Below the pieces are notes generated by a model that was not told the origin of the DNA, made no database searches, and saw nothing but the letters and a program-made list of their open reading frames with translations. The position numbers were made by a program, and so were the translations under genes. Positions 37,610-50,270 of a stretch of DNA of 64,000 nt are shown here, in pieces. How positions within the stretch are numbered: the first letter of the stretch is position 1; the number at the start of each line of letters is the position of its first letter. Source of the DNA: Macrostomum lignano (taxonomy: Eukaryota); contig NIVC01002271.1 in the NCBI GenBank assembly GCA_002269645.1, positions 124,103 through 188,102 of the forward strand, written 5' to 3'.

Positions 37610-38270
37610 CCCCTCTTTTCCCTCTCCGTCCTCCATTTCTCCCCTCTGTCTCCCCTCCCTCTCCGTCTCTTTCCCCCTCTCTCTCTCTCCTCTCTCTCCC
37701 TCTTTCTCTCCCCTCTGTCTCTCCACTCTCCCTCCTCTCTCTCCGTCTCTCTCTACTCTCTCTCCCCTCTGTCTCCCCTCCCTCTCCTCTCTCCCTCTTT
37801 CTTCCCCCTCTCTCTCCTCTCCACTCTTCTCTCCACTCTCTCTCCTCTCTCCCTCCTCTCTCTCCCGTCTCTCTCCCTCTCTCTTCCCTCTCTCTCCTTC
37901 TCTCTCCCCTCTGTCTCCCCTCCCTCTCCTCTCTCCCTCTTTCTTTCCCCTCTCTCTTCTCTCCACTCTCTCTCCTCTCTCCCTCCTCTCTCTCCCTCTC
38001 TCTTCCCTCTCTCTCCTTCTCTCTCCCCTCTGTCTCCCCTCCCTCTCCTCTCTCCCTCTTTCTTTCCCCTCTCTCTTCTCTCCACTCTCTCTCCTCTCTC
38101 TCTCTCTCCTCTCTCCCTCCTCTCTCTCCCCTCTCTCTCCTTCTCTCTCCCCTCTCTCTCCTTCTCTCCCCTCTCTCTCCCTCTCTCTCCCCCATCTCTT
38201 TCCCTCTCTCTTTCCCCTCTCTCCTTCTCTCTTTCTCCCTCTCGCTCTCCCTCTCGCCCTATCCCTATCT
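37610..38270. repeat. CT-rich low-complexity tract (intronic)
   Basis: Degenerate CTCT/CTCC runs. Confidence 0.95.
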
Positions 38271-38871
38271 CTGGATTAAAGTCACCCCAGTTTGGTCCTG
38301 AGCAGCCTCACAGCAGTGCGGCGTCAACAGCAGAGGTGGCTGTCTTGCAATCCAAACGAAGAACGCAACTAAGAAAACGATGGCAATCCCGTACAATCCG
38401 ATGTAGAAACCTGCCAGGGCCCATCTCGGGAACGGCCTGGAGCTCGACTGTGGCAACATGAAACCAACAACTGTCAGCGATTGAGTATAGCAGAGAAACA
38501 GTTGGAATGAAGCTGTTGCTATGCATCACCGCATTAGTAGTATAATGGTAGACAGAGAAATAAAAGTTAGTTAAGTTACGATAAAGTTTATAAAAGGCTT
38601 AAAAACAGGATCTAATTAAATTAATTTATATCCTTGATACTTTATATCAATATTGTCTACTGTAAGTTTGCCTCGCTCACAGCTTGAATCTTGTAAAGTA
38701 AGGAGTACACAATTGTTGTACATTGTGTTGAATAGAGTATTGCGAGTACTTGCACTGTACTTAGCTGAATGGACAATACGAACCTCTGAGTTTTGGAGTG
38801 AGAAGTGTAAGCCGAAAGATGTTAAACTGATAACTATTTCATTTAAATGATATTGTATCGCAAAATAGTGT

Positions 38872-40420
38872 TGTATTGTGGCGCTAAATTGTGTGCTATT
38901 GTGGCGCTAAATTGTGTGCTTTTGTGGCGCTAAATTGTGTGCTATTGTGGCGCTAAATTGTGTGATATTGTGGCGCTAAATTGTGTGCTATTGTGGCGCT
39001 AAATTGTGTGCTATTGTGGCGCTAAATTGTGTGATATTGTGGCGCTAAATTGTGTGATATTGTGGCGCTAAATTGTGTAATATTGTGGCGCTAAATTTTG
39101 CAATATTGTGGCGCTAAAATTTGTAATATTGTGGCGCTAAATTTTGTAATATTGTGGCGCTAAAATTTGTAATATTGTGGCGCTAAATTGTGTGATATTG
39201 TGGCGCTAAAATGTGTAATATTGTGACGCTAAATAGTCAAATATTGTGGCGCTAAACCGTAAAATATTGTAGCGCTAAATTGTGCAATATTGTGACGCTA
39301 AATCGTGAAATATTGTGGCGCTAAACCGTGAAATATTTTGGCGCTAAATTGTGTGATATTGTGGCGCTAAATTGTGAAATATTGTAGCGCTAAATTGTGT
39401 GCTATTGTGGCACTAAATTGTGAAATATTGTGGGGCTAAATATTGAAATATTGTGACCCTAAATTGTGTAATATTGTAGCGCTAAATTTTGTAATATTGT
39501 AGCGCTAAATTGTGCAATATTGTGACGCTAAATCGTGAAATATTGTGGCGCTAAACCGTGAAATATTTTGGCGCTAAATTGTGTGATATTGTAGCGCTAA
39601 ATTGTGTAATATTGTAGCGCTAAATTGTGCAATATTGTGACGCTAAATCGTGAAATATTGTGGCGCTAAATCGTGAAATATTGTAGCGCTAAATTGTGTG
39701 ATATTGTGGCGCTAAATTGTGTAATATTGTAGCGCTAAATTGTGCAATATTGTGACGCTAAATCGTGAAATATTGTGGCGCTAAACCGTGAAATATTTTG
39801 GCGCTAAATTGTGTGATATTGTAGCGCTTAATTGTGTAATATTGTAGCGCTAAATTGTGCAATATTGTGACGCTAAATCGTGAAATATTGTGGCGCTAAA
39901 TCGTGAAATATTGTAGCGCTAAATTGTGTGATATTGTGGCGCTAAATTGTGCAATATTGTAGCGCTAAATTGTGCAATATTGTGACGCTAAATCGTGAAA
40001 TATTGTGGCGCTAAATCGTGAAATATTGTAGCGCTAAATTGTGTGATATTGTGGCGCTAAATTGTGTAATATTGTAGCGCTAAATTGTGCAATATTGTGA
40101 CGCTAAATCGTGAAATATTGTGGCGCTAAATCGTGAAATATTTTAGCGCTAAATTGTGTGATAGTGTGGCGCTAAATTGTGTAATATTGTAGCGCTAAAT
40201 TGTGCAATATTGTGACGCTAAATCGTAAAATATTGTGGCGCTAAATCGTGAAATATTGTAGCGCTAAATTGTGTGATATTGTGGCGCAAAATTGTGTAAT
40301 ATTGTGGCTCTAAATCGTGAAATATTGGGGCGCTAAATTGTGTGATAATGTGGCGCTAAATTGTGTGACATTGTTGCGCTAAATCGTGTGATATTGTGGC
40401 GCTAAATTGTGTGAAATTGC
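38872..40420. repeat. 23-bp satellite (TTGTGGCGCTAAATTGTGTGATA)n with a 115-bp higher-order repeat
   Basis: About 65 monomers; the same variant recurs at 39613, 39728, 39843, 39958, 40073 and 40188. Confidence 0.95.
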
Positions 40421-40984
40421 GGAGCCAAAATTTTAGTGATAGTGTGCAGCAATAGTTTAAAATGATCCTTTTTGTTTTACAGAAAGAATTTTGTTTTACT
40501 GACGTAACTGGTATTTAAAGTATCTATGGATAAAATCATAAATACCTGGAATGAACAGAATCAAAGAGTTAACACGATAATAAAATACGGATGCAGTTGA
40601 CCGGGTCACCGAAAAATTCGGTTTTATAATTCATAGCTTATTGACTGTGTAACGAAATGTGTAATAGAATGATAGAATGATAAAATAGATCCATAAATAT
40701 TAGAGGACATGTACGTAGAAAATTAAAATACAATTACTAAAATCCTAATTTTATAAACGAAAAAAATTATGAATATCAATAGTCAATAAATCGATTTGGC
40801 AGGCAAGACATATAAAACGATCAACATTGGTTTACCTCCTATCAAAAGCAATAACTATTTTTGTGCTAAAAAAATGAAAATGAAAAAATGAAAAATGAAA
40901 GTGTTTTTTAGTAAAAAAAATTCCTCCTAAAATTTTCCAATACATTCTAAACCTAGTCTACTTAAGTAGTCCTTGTAAGGCAAG

Positions 40985-43900
40985 GAGACTCAGGTGCAGT
41001 GTGGGATGAAGACAGGAGATGCAGGTGCAGTGTGGGATGAAGACAGGAGATGCAGGTGCAGTGTGAGATGAAGACAGGAGATGCAGGTGCAGTGTGGGAT
41101 GAAGACAGGAGATGCAAGTGCAGTGTGGGATGAAGACAGGAGATGCAGGTGCAGTGTGGGATGAAGACAGGAGATGCAGGTGCAGTGTGGGATGAAGACA
41201 GGAGATGCAAGTGCAGTGTGAGATGAAGACAGGAGATGCAGGTGCAGTGTGGGATGAAGACAGGAGATGCAAGTGCAGTGTGGGATGAAGACAGGAGATG
41301 CAAGTGCAGTGTGGGATGAAGACAGGAGATGCAGGTGCAGTGTGGGATGAAGACAGGAGATGCAGGTGCAGTGTGGGATGAAGACAGGAGATGCAGGTGC
41401 AGTGTGAGATAGAGACAGGAGATGCAGGTGCAGTGTGAGATAGAGACAGACAGGAGATGCAAGTGCAGTGTGAGATAGAGACAGGAGATGCAGGTGCAGT
41501 GTGAGATCGAGACAGGAGATGCAAGTGCAGTGTAAGATCGAGACAGGAGATGCAGGTGCAGTGTGAAATGAAGACAGGAGATGCAAGTGCAGTGTGAGAT
41601 AGAGACAGGAGATGCAGGTGCAGTGTGAGATCGAGACAGGAGATGCAAGTGCAGTGTAAGATCGAGACAGGAGATGCAGGTGCAGTGTGAAATGAAGACA
41701 GGAGATGCAAGTGCAGTGTGAGATAGAGACAGGAGATGCAAGTGCAGTGTGAGATAGAGACAGGAGATGCAGGTACAGTGTGAGATAGAGACAGGAGATG
41801 CAGGTGCAGTGTGAGATAGAGACAGGAGATGCAGGTGCAGTGTGGGATGAAGACAGGAGATGCAAGTGCAGTGTGAGATAGAGACAGGAGATGCAAGTGC
41901 AGTGTGAGATAGAGACAGGAGATGCAGGTGCAGTGTGAGATAGAGACAGGAGATGCAAGTGCAGTGTGAGATAGAGACAGGAGATGCAAGTGCAGTGTGA
42001 GATAGAGACAGGAGATGCAAGTGCAGTGTGAGATAGAGACAGGAGATGCAGGTGCAGTGTGGGATGAAGACAGGAGATGCAGGTGCAGTGTGAGATAGAG
42101 ACAGGAGATGCAAGTGCAGTGTGAGATAGAGACAGGAGATGCAGGTACAGTGTGAAATGAAGACAGGAGATGCAGGTGCAGTGTGAGATAGAGACAGGAG
42201 ATGCAAGTGCAGTGTGAGATAGAGACAGGAGATGCAGGTGCAGTGTGAAATGAAGACAGGAGATGCAGGTGCAGTGTGAGATCGAGACAAGAGATGCAGA
42301 TGCAGTGTGAGATCGAGACAGTAGATGCAGGTGCAGTGTGGGATGAAGACAGGAGATGCAAGTGCAGTGTGAGATGAAGACAGGAGATGCAGGTGCAGTG
42401 TGGGATGAAGACAGGAGATGCAGGTGCAGTGTGGGATGAAGACAGGAGACTCAGGTGCAGTGTGAGATAGAGACAGGAGATGCAGGTGCAGTGTGGAATG
42501 AAGACAGGAGATGCAAGTGCAGTGTGAGATGAAGACAGGAGATGCAGGTGCAGTGTGGGATGAAGACAGGAGATGCAGGTGCAGTGTGGGATAGAGACAG
42601 GAGATGCAGGTGCAGTGTGGGATAGAGACAGGAGATGCAGGTGCAGTGTGGGATGAAGACAGGAGATGCAGGTGCAATGTGGGATGAAGACAGGAGACTC
42701 AGGTGCAGTGTGGGATGAAGACAGGAGATGCAAGTGCAGTGTGAGATAGAGACAGGAGACTCAGGTGCAGTGTGAGATAGAGACAGGAGACTCAGGTGCA
42801 ATGTGGGATGAAGACAGGAGACTCAGGTGCAGTGTGGGATGAAGACAGGAGATGCAAGTGCAGTGTGAGATGAAGACAGGAGATGCAGGTGCAGTGTGGG
42901 ATGAAGACAGGAGATGCAAGTGCAGTGTGGGATGAAGACAGGAGATGCAAGTGCAGTGTGGGATGAAGACAGGAGATGCAGGTGCAGTGTGGGATGAAGA
43001 CAGGAGATGCAGGTGCAGTGTGAGATAGAGACAGGAGATGCAGGTGCAGTGTGAGATAGAGACAGACAGGAGATGCAAGTGCAGTGTGAGATAGAGACAG
43101 GAGATGCAGGTGCAGTGTGAGATCGAGACAGGAGATGCAAGTGCAGTGTAAGATAGAGACAGGAGATGCAGGTACAGTGTGAGATAGAGACAGGAGATGC
43201 AAGTGCAGTGTGAGATCGAGACAGGAGATGCAAGTGCAGTGTGAGATAGAGACAGGAGATGCAAGTGCAGTGTGAGATAGAGACAGGAGATGCAAGTGCA
43301 GTGTGAGATAGAGACAGGAGATGCAAGTGCAGTGTGAGATAGAGACAGGAGATGCAGGTGCAGTGTGGGATGAAGACAGGAGATGCAGGTGCAGTGTGAG
43401 ATAGAGACAGGAGATGCAAGTGCAGTGTGAGATAGAGACAGGAGATGCAGGTACAGTGTGAGACAGAGACAGGAGATGCAGGTGCAGTGTGAGACAGAGA
43501 CAGGAGATGCAGGTGCAGTGTGAGATAGAGACAGGAGATGCAAGTGCAGTGTGAGATCGAGACAGGAGATGCAAGTGCAGTGTGAGATAGAGACAGGAGA
43601 TGCAGGTGCAGTGTGAGATCGAGACAGGAGATGCAGGTGCAGTGTGGGATGAAGACAGGAGATGCAGGTGCAGTGTGAGATAGAGACAGAAGATGCAAGT
43701 GCAGTGTGAGATCGAGACAGGAGATGCAAGTGCAGTGTGAGATAGAGACAGGAGATGCAAGTGCAGTGTGAGATAGAGACAGGAGATGCAAGTGCAGTGT
43801 GAGATAGAGACAGGAGATGCAAGTGCAGTGTGAGATAGAGACAGGAGATGCAGGTGCAGTGTGGGATGAAGACAGGAGATGCAGGTGCAGTGTGAGATAG

Positions 43901-44480
43901 AGACAGGAGATGCAAGTGCAGTGTGAGATAGAGACAGGAGATGCAGGTACAGTGTGAGACAGAGACAGGAGATGCAAGTGCAGTGTGAGATAGAGACAGG
44001 AGATGCAAGTGCAGTGTGAGATCGAGACAGGAGATGCAAGTGCAGTGTGAGATAGAGACAGGAGATGCAAGTGCAGTGTGAGATCGAGACAGGAGATGCA
44101 GGTGCAGTGTGAGATAGAGACAGGAGATGCAAGTGCAGTGTGAGATCGAGACAGGAGATGCAGATGCAGTGTGAGATAGAGACAGGAGATGCAAGTGCAG
44201 TGTAAGATAGAGACAGGAGATGCAGATGCAGTGTGAGATCGAGACAAGAGATGCAGGTGCAGTGTGAGATAGAGACAGGAGATGCAGGTACAGTGTGAAA
44301 TGAAGACAGGAGATGCAGGTGCAGTGTGAGATCGAGACAGGAGATGCAGGTGCAGTGTGAAATGAAGACAGGAGATGCAGGTGCAGTGTGAGATCGAGAC
44401 AAGAGATGCAGATGCAGTGTGAGATCGAGACAGTAGATGCAGGTGCAGTGTGAAATGAAGACAGGAGAGATGCAGATGCA
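40985..44480. repeat. 31-bp minisatellite (GACAGGAGATGCAGGTGCAGTGTGGGATGAA)n
   Basis: About 110 units; source of the SHTAPASPV ORFs. Confidence 0.97.
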
Positions 44481-44510
44481 GTGGTGCTGCTGGCGGTCCT
44501 TCAGGCTCCC

Positions 44511-46253
44511 TCAGTCCTGGACAAAGCGCAGCACTAGTGCTCCTTCAGGCTTGCTCTGCACCGTTGTCTGCCTTCGACACTGGCTCAGCTTTCGTCGTGG
44601 CAAGCTGCACAGTCCGGCGAACACTTTGCTGTAGATCGCCAGCATCTGCAGCTGCCGCGCCCGCATCAGGTAGTCGGTGTTGGGCGACACAACCGACAGT
44701 CGGTCAGACAGAAAAGCGATCAACACGTTGAAGAAGAACAGCACGAGAACAACCTGAATGAAGACGAGCGCAAGGCCGAGTCGTCTCAGAGAGTCGGCTG
44801 AGAAGCCCTCTCCGAGGATCACAGCTCGGTAGAATCCCAGCCAGAGACCAGTCGGCATCACATTGAAAGATTGCTGGAAAATTGGCTCGCACGGAATCAT
44901 TGCTGCGAACATCCAGGAGGCGTTGGCAAGCATCAGGCTGACCAGGACGAACAGCCAGCAGAGCATGTCCATCAGGCACCACATTTGGAAGAACATCCGA
45001 TCTAGCAGGCCAAGTTCGAAGAACACTGCAACCAGACCTAGCAGCATGCCAATGAGGAACATGGCATCAAGCACACCCATCAGACTGTTGGGCAGTTGAT
45101 GAAACTGACCGGTGCAAAACGTATTCGCTTGGATAGAGAGAGTAAAAGCAAAAGAAACTGGCCACAATGGAATTATTAGAGCTGGCGAGAACCATTTGAA
45201 ATCGGACAGGAACGTCTGCAAGAGTCGGACAATCGTACTTTTGTTCGTTGATGCAGCAACTTTCAGGATGTGAAATCTGGCAACAACAATGGCTATTTTA
45301 CGAATTAAGAAAACGGCACACAAAGTATAAACAAATATTTCCGGCACTGCAACTCCGCTGTCATTTTCCGAGTCACCGATGCTGTGTAACAGATCGTTAA
45401 ACTCGCAGCTGGTATTGCATTCCGTCCCGGATTTCACTTTGCGGTAAAATGTTGGCGCAGTGGTAATTCCGATACCGCACAGCAGCGCAATGCAAAACAC
45501 GGCGTTTATCCACAGCAGCTTTTTGTTTCGCGACAGAGTCTCAGCCGACCAGCGCGCGATGACGTCGGAGTCCCAGAAGCGCTTCAGCGAGTCGTCCAGC
45601 GGCTCCGCGTCCCGCGTCATGTCGGCCAGCATCGTCAGCGGACTCGTGTCTCGCCTGTCGCCCCTTGGGAAGCTGTACTCGCTGAGGTCCACACAGCGCA
45701 GTCTCACTGCTCCTGCATCAATCAGGCTGCTGCAGTACCTGCTGCTGCAGTGCAGAATCCAGTGAGCCACTGAGAACTGCCGCCTGTTCACTGCCAGCTC
45801 CAGCGCATTCAGTCCCAGCGCTTCCTTGTCCAACAGCTGGCACAGCTGCTCAGAGACCTGCTCATCGCTGCTGTGCAACTGCTGCAGAAAGCTCACAGCC
45901 TGCTGTTGGAGAGACTCACAATTCACAATCCACAGCTTGACGATGAGGCAGTGGACTGGGCAGCAGTCAGCATCCTTCATCACTTGCTGGCTTGTCGTCT
46001 CGAGCAGGTAGCGGAAGCAGTCGGGAGCCAGGCTGCAGCAGCTCAGCTCGATGAGAGACGTGTGCTGCGACAGGAGCTGGGCGAATGCGGCTCCGTCAGC
46101 GGAGCACGGGATGAAGTCGTGGGCGGCGTGAGGGAAGCTGAGCCGGTCAGATGCAGAGTCCCTGCTGCTCAGCAGCCTCTTCAGCGATGCCAAATCGTCC
46201 TTTTTCAAGATTTTTGAAATCCTGGAGTCACTGGAACCGGACTCTGGCGCCAT
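44511..46253 (-). CDS. Intronless divergent TRPV-like cation channel, 580 aa
   Basis: Ankyrin-like ALELAVNRRQFSVAHWIL; linker RCVDLSEY...SPLTML; six hydrophobic segments; S4-S5 MFFQMWCLMDMLCWLFV; pore region FYRAVILGEG; S6 FFFNVLIAFLSDR resembling LLLNMLIALMGET. Confidence 0.68.
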   Translation of the reverse strand: MAPESGSSDSRISKILKKDDLASLKRLLSSRDSASDRLSFPHAAHDFIPCSADGAAFAQLLSQHTSLIELSCCSLAPDCFRYLLETTSQQVMKDADCCPVHCLIVKLWIVNCESLQQQAVSFLQQLHSSDEQVSEQLCQLLDKEALGLNALELAVNRRQFSVAHWILHCSSRYCSSLIDAGAVRLRCVDLSEYSFPRGDRRDTSPLTMLADMTRDAEPLDDSLKRFWDSDVIARWSAETLSRNKKLLWINAVFCIALLCGIGITTAPTFYRKVKSGTECNTSCEFNDLLHSIGDSENDSGVAVPEIFVYTLCAVFLIRKIAIVVARFHILKVAASTNKSTIVRLLQTFLSDFKWFSPALIIPLWPVSFAFTLSIQANTFCTGQFHQLPNSLMGVLDAMFLIGMLLGLVAVFFELGLLDRMFFQMWCLMDMLCWLFVLVSLMLANASWMFAAMIPCEPIFQQSFNVMPTGLWLGFYRAVILGEGFSADSLRRLGLALVFIQVVLVLFFFNVLIAFLSDRLSVVSPNTDYLMRARQLQMLAIYSKVFAGLCSLPRRKLSQCRRQTTVQSKPEGALVLRFVQD

Positions 46254-46769
46254 TTTCTCTGCTGATGGAGTTCCGTCGGGTCAAATGGGAGTGGAGTATA
46301 GCCGTGGATTGGTGACAGACTAGTGCAGCTTCATCAATAAATAAGATGAGACACTGACTGGCATCCGTAACTGTTAGACCTCAGTATTGATTTTGTCTCC
46401 CAATATAAACGAAAAATTAACGCAGAATTGTTTGACTTATCATTACAGTTTTTAGTAGCCATGCAGGTTTTCTATTTGCTGTGCGAGCACACTGCAATTA
46501 AACAGCTTGATCTGATAATGTAAATTTTAGTATTTCAGTGTGTGATTGACAGTCAATTAAAACCTTATTTACCCAAGGTTTGCGAGCAAACAAATGCAGA
46601 CAGCTCAGGCTGGATGACCATAAAAGCATTAGCAAATTAATTTATCAGTTTGTTACTACATTAATCTGTAATTAATCATTTAATCTGTCTATGGCCAGAA
46701 TGCATCGAAACACTTGCGAACTTACAACCGTGTATAAGAAAGGTATGAGAGAAAGACTACTGCTGGCTA

Positions 46770-47089
46770 ATAATAAAAATAATTGATTACACCTTCCCCT
46801 ATTGGGCCAGATGTGCAACCGACAGCTCAGCCGCAGCTATTGCGTGGTGCATCTGAAGGCTGCGTACGGCTGTTCAGTCCAAGGACTGGGGGGGGGGGTC
46901 ACCACACACCCTCAATTACCCCAGCTAATGCTGGTGCACATTTTACAGCTGGGTGAACTGAAGCAATGCAGAGTTAAGTGTCTTGCTTAAGGACACAAAC
47001 TGTTCCGAGTTGGGATCGAGAAAGGAACCCCCGACCTTCAAGACGTGAGTCCGACGCTCTAGCCACTGGGCTAAAACCCCTGGGTTACA
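46770..47089 (-). mobile_element. tRNA-derived SINE with a CORE/Meta-like central domain
   Basis: On the minus strand: A-box TAGCCCAGTGG, interrupted B-box GGTTC...TCGATCCC, then GTGTCCTTAAGCAAGACACTTAAC...CACCCAGCTGTAAAATG, ATT-rich tail. Flanked by GGCTA (46765-69) and GACTA (47090-94); the paralogous locus near 50857 lacks it. Confidence 0.7.
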
Positions 47090-47923
47090 GACTAGCCGAT
47101 ATTAATAGTCTATGGCCAAAGCTGTTGATCCTGTCTGACTTTAACGACTCGCCAGCAGCCATCGAAACCAGTCCATGGCTTTCACCCAAGAAAATGGACA
47201 TTGCCATTGGAAGTATTGAGCTGGCAGATAGCGGATTTTTACTTAATATTTCTTGTTGCTAAGAAAGCTACACGATCTGACTTCTGATCTGAGTTTCTTT
47301 CACAGATTTGACAAGATTTTGCGAAAAGTATTTCAAGCTGTCGCCTGATATAACTTTTGGCGAACTTTTGGCCTGCCAATTTTTAAAACAAGCACAGGTT
47401 TTGCCTCGCATGCTGAATGGTAAAAATATAATAGCAACGAATAAGCTTGCTTCTGAAAAGTCACTGTGAAAAAGGAATAATGTTTTAAATCATTCTGATA
47501 GTTTAAACTGCTTTATAGATTACCTTGAAAAATCACTATCTGTAAAGTAATCAACTATCCCTGTAACGAAAATTACACTCGAAAATTCATGAAATTTAGA
47601 GTACTTTTTAAGCGACTTCAAATTCAGCAAATGAGTGATTTCATCTCAACTAATTCAAAGCATAATATACTACTAAACTAATTTCAAACTTTATAGTAGT
47701 CAAATTAGCATTTTCGAGTACAATAATGACACGTGTAGACGCAGAAACGCGTACTGCACGGTTCAGAATATTAATTTGATGGGGAATCTGGGTCAGGCCC
47801 AATGACAGCTTTTTCCTCTGTGAAAGCTGCTATAAAAACTGCGGAGAACTGCATGTGCTCACAGCTAGAAATATAAACCTTAACCGCTGACAAGAACTCC
47901 GCCACATCGCCACAGAACATATC

Positions 47924-48211
47924 ATGCCTGTCTACTCACGAAAGACCGCCATTGTATCGCGCGTTGTCATGGTAGCGGCATTCATTGGTTGCCTGTTTGT
48001 CCTAATTGCAACAACACAAACGGCGGAAGCTGCCATTGTCCGAGCAACCGAAGACTCCTATGCCGACCTCTTGGACGCCGGCGCTGGAGGATTCGATTTG
48101 AGAAGCAAACGCGGTCCCGAACTCATGATGCTGCGCTTGATGCAGTGCCGTTGGTACCGCAGTCACAACTGGGTTGCCCCTAAAGAAATGCACTGCTCTA
48201 AGCTTATCTAA
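47924..48211 (+). CDS. Secreted peptide precursor A (95 aa); predicted mature peptide GPELMMLRLMQCRWYRSHNWVAPKEMHCSKLI
   Basis: Hydrophobic signal-like N-terminus ending TAEA, acidic spacer, KR site, 32-aa peptide with C-x15-C. TATAAAA near 47831 and AATAAA downstream. Confidence 0.8.
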   Translation: MPVYSRKTAIVSRVVMVAAFIGCLFVLIATTQTAEAAIVRATEDSYADLLDAGAGGFDLRSKRGPELMMLRLMQCRWYRSHNWVAPKEMHCSKLI

Positions 48212-48384
48212 CTGAATCTAATTGTGGAACTCATGGCTTGTGAAACCGATTCTAAAATAAATCGAGAAAAATAAAAACTAATAAACCCGACATCAAATAG
48301 TTCAGAAAATAGTGAATTATAACTGAGAAATGTTTTTTGTGACTTTGTTTCTTATCATTCATATATTATATCTTAGCGAGTGGG

Positions 48385-50270
48385 TTCATGAGTGATTTAA
48401 TGAATGAGTTCATTAGTGTTTTCATGAGTGAGTTCATGAGTGATTTAATGAATGAGTTCATGAGTGTTTTCATGAAAGAGTTCATAGTGATTTAATGAAT
48501 GAGTTCATGAGAGATTTAATGAATGGGTTCATAAGTGAGTTCATGAGTGAGTTCATAAGTGATTTAATGAATGAGTTCATGAGAGATTTAATGAATGAGT
48601 TCATGAGTGATTTAATGAATGGGTTCATGAGAGATTTAATGAATGAGTTCATTAGTGATTTAATGAATGAGTTCATGAGTGATTTAATGAATGAGTTCAT
48701 GAGTGATTTAATGAATGAGTTCATTAGTGTTTTCATGAGTGAGTTCATGAGTGATTTAATGAATGAGTTCATGAGTGATTTAATGAAAGAGTTCATAGTG
48801 ATTTAATCAATGAGTTCATGAGAGATTTAATGAATGGGTTCATAAGTGAGTTCATGAGTGAGTTCATGAGTGAGTTCATAAGAGATTTAATGAATGAGTT
48901 CATGAGTGTTTTCATGAAAGAGTTCATGAGTGATTTAATGAATGAGTTCATGAGAGATTTAATGAATGAGTTCATGAGAGATTAAATGAATGAGTTCATG
49001 AGTGATTTAATGAATGAGTTCATGAGAGATTTAATGAATGGGTTCATGAGAGATTTAATGAATGAGTTCATTAGTGATTTAATGAATGAGTTCATGAGTG
49101 ATTTAATGAATGAGTTCATGAGTGATTTAATGAATGAGTTCATTAGTGTTTTCATGAGTGAGTTCATTAGTGTTTTCATGAGTGAGTTCATGAGTGATTT
49201 AATGAATGGGTTCATGAGTGATTTAATGAATGGGTTCATGAGTGATTTAATGAATGGGTTCATGAGTGATTTCATGAGTGAGTTCATGAGAGATTTAATG
49301 AATGAGTTCATGAGAGATTTAATGAATGGGTTCATGAGAGATTTAATGAATGGGTTCATAAGTGATTTCATGAGTGAGTTCATGAGTGATTTAATGAATA
49401 AGTTCATCAGTGTTTTCATGAGTGAGTTCATTAGTGTTTTCATGAGTGAGTTCATGAGTGATTTAATGAATGAGTTCATGAGAGATTTAATGAATGGGTT
49501 CATAAGTGATTTCATGAGTGAGTTCATGAGTGATTTAATGAATGAGTTCATGAGAGATTTAATGAATGAGTTCATGAGAGATTAAATGAATGAGTTCATG
49601 AGTGATTTAATGAATGAGTTCATGAGAGATTTAATGAATGGGTTCATGAGAGATTTAATGAATGAGTTCATGAGTGATTTAATGAATGGGTTCATGAGAG
49701 ATTTAATGAATGAGTTCATGAGTGATTTAATGAATGAGTTCATGAGAGATTTAATGAATGAGTTCATGAGTGATTTAATGAATGAGTTCATGAGTGATTT
49801 AATGAATGAGTTCATGAGTGATTTAATGAATGGGTTCATGAGAGATTTAATGAATGAGTTCATGAGAGATTTAATGAATGAGTTCATGAGTGATTTAATG
49901 AATGAGTTCATGAGTGATTTAATGAATGAGTTCATGAGTGATTTAATGAATGAGTTCATGAGAGATGTAATGAATGAGTTCATGAGTGATTTAATGAATG
50001 AGTTCATGAGAGATTTAATAAATGGGTTCATAAGTGATTTCATGAGTGAGTTCATGAGTGAGTTCATGAGTGATTTAATGAGTGAGTTCATGAGTGAGTT
50101 CATGAGTGATTTAATGAATGAGTTCATGAGTGATTTAATGAGTGAGTTCATGAGTGAGTTGATAAGTGATTTAATGAATAAGTTCATGAATTAGTTTATG
50201 AGTGAGTTGATTAGTGAGTGAGTTGATGAGTGATTTCATGAATGAGTGAGTGAGTGAGTGAGTCCATGAA
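48385..50270. repeat. 24-bp minisatellite (GAGTTCATGAGTGATTTAATGAAT)n between the two peptide genes
   Basis: About 75 units built from two 12-mers; source of the MNEFMSDL ORFs. Confidence 0.97.

Noticed and set aside
40958-44402. ORFs of 300-590 aa rich in His/Cys (SHTAPASPV...HCTCISC) that look like metal-binding repeats
   Set aside because: All three minus frames of a 31-bp satellite are open; no unique domain or splice context.
48113-48208. Homology of the new peptides to natriuretic peptides (same C-x15-C ring size)
   Set aside because: No CFG, DRI or LGC residues; ring size alone is not evidence.
48482-50194. MNEFMSDL and MNSFIKSL helical-repeat ORFs
   Set aside because: Products of the 24-bp array, open on both strands.
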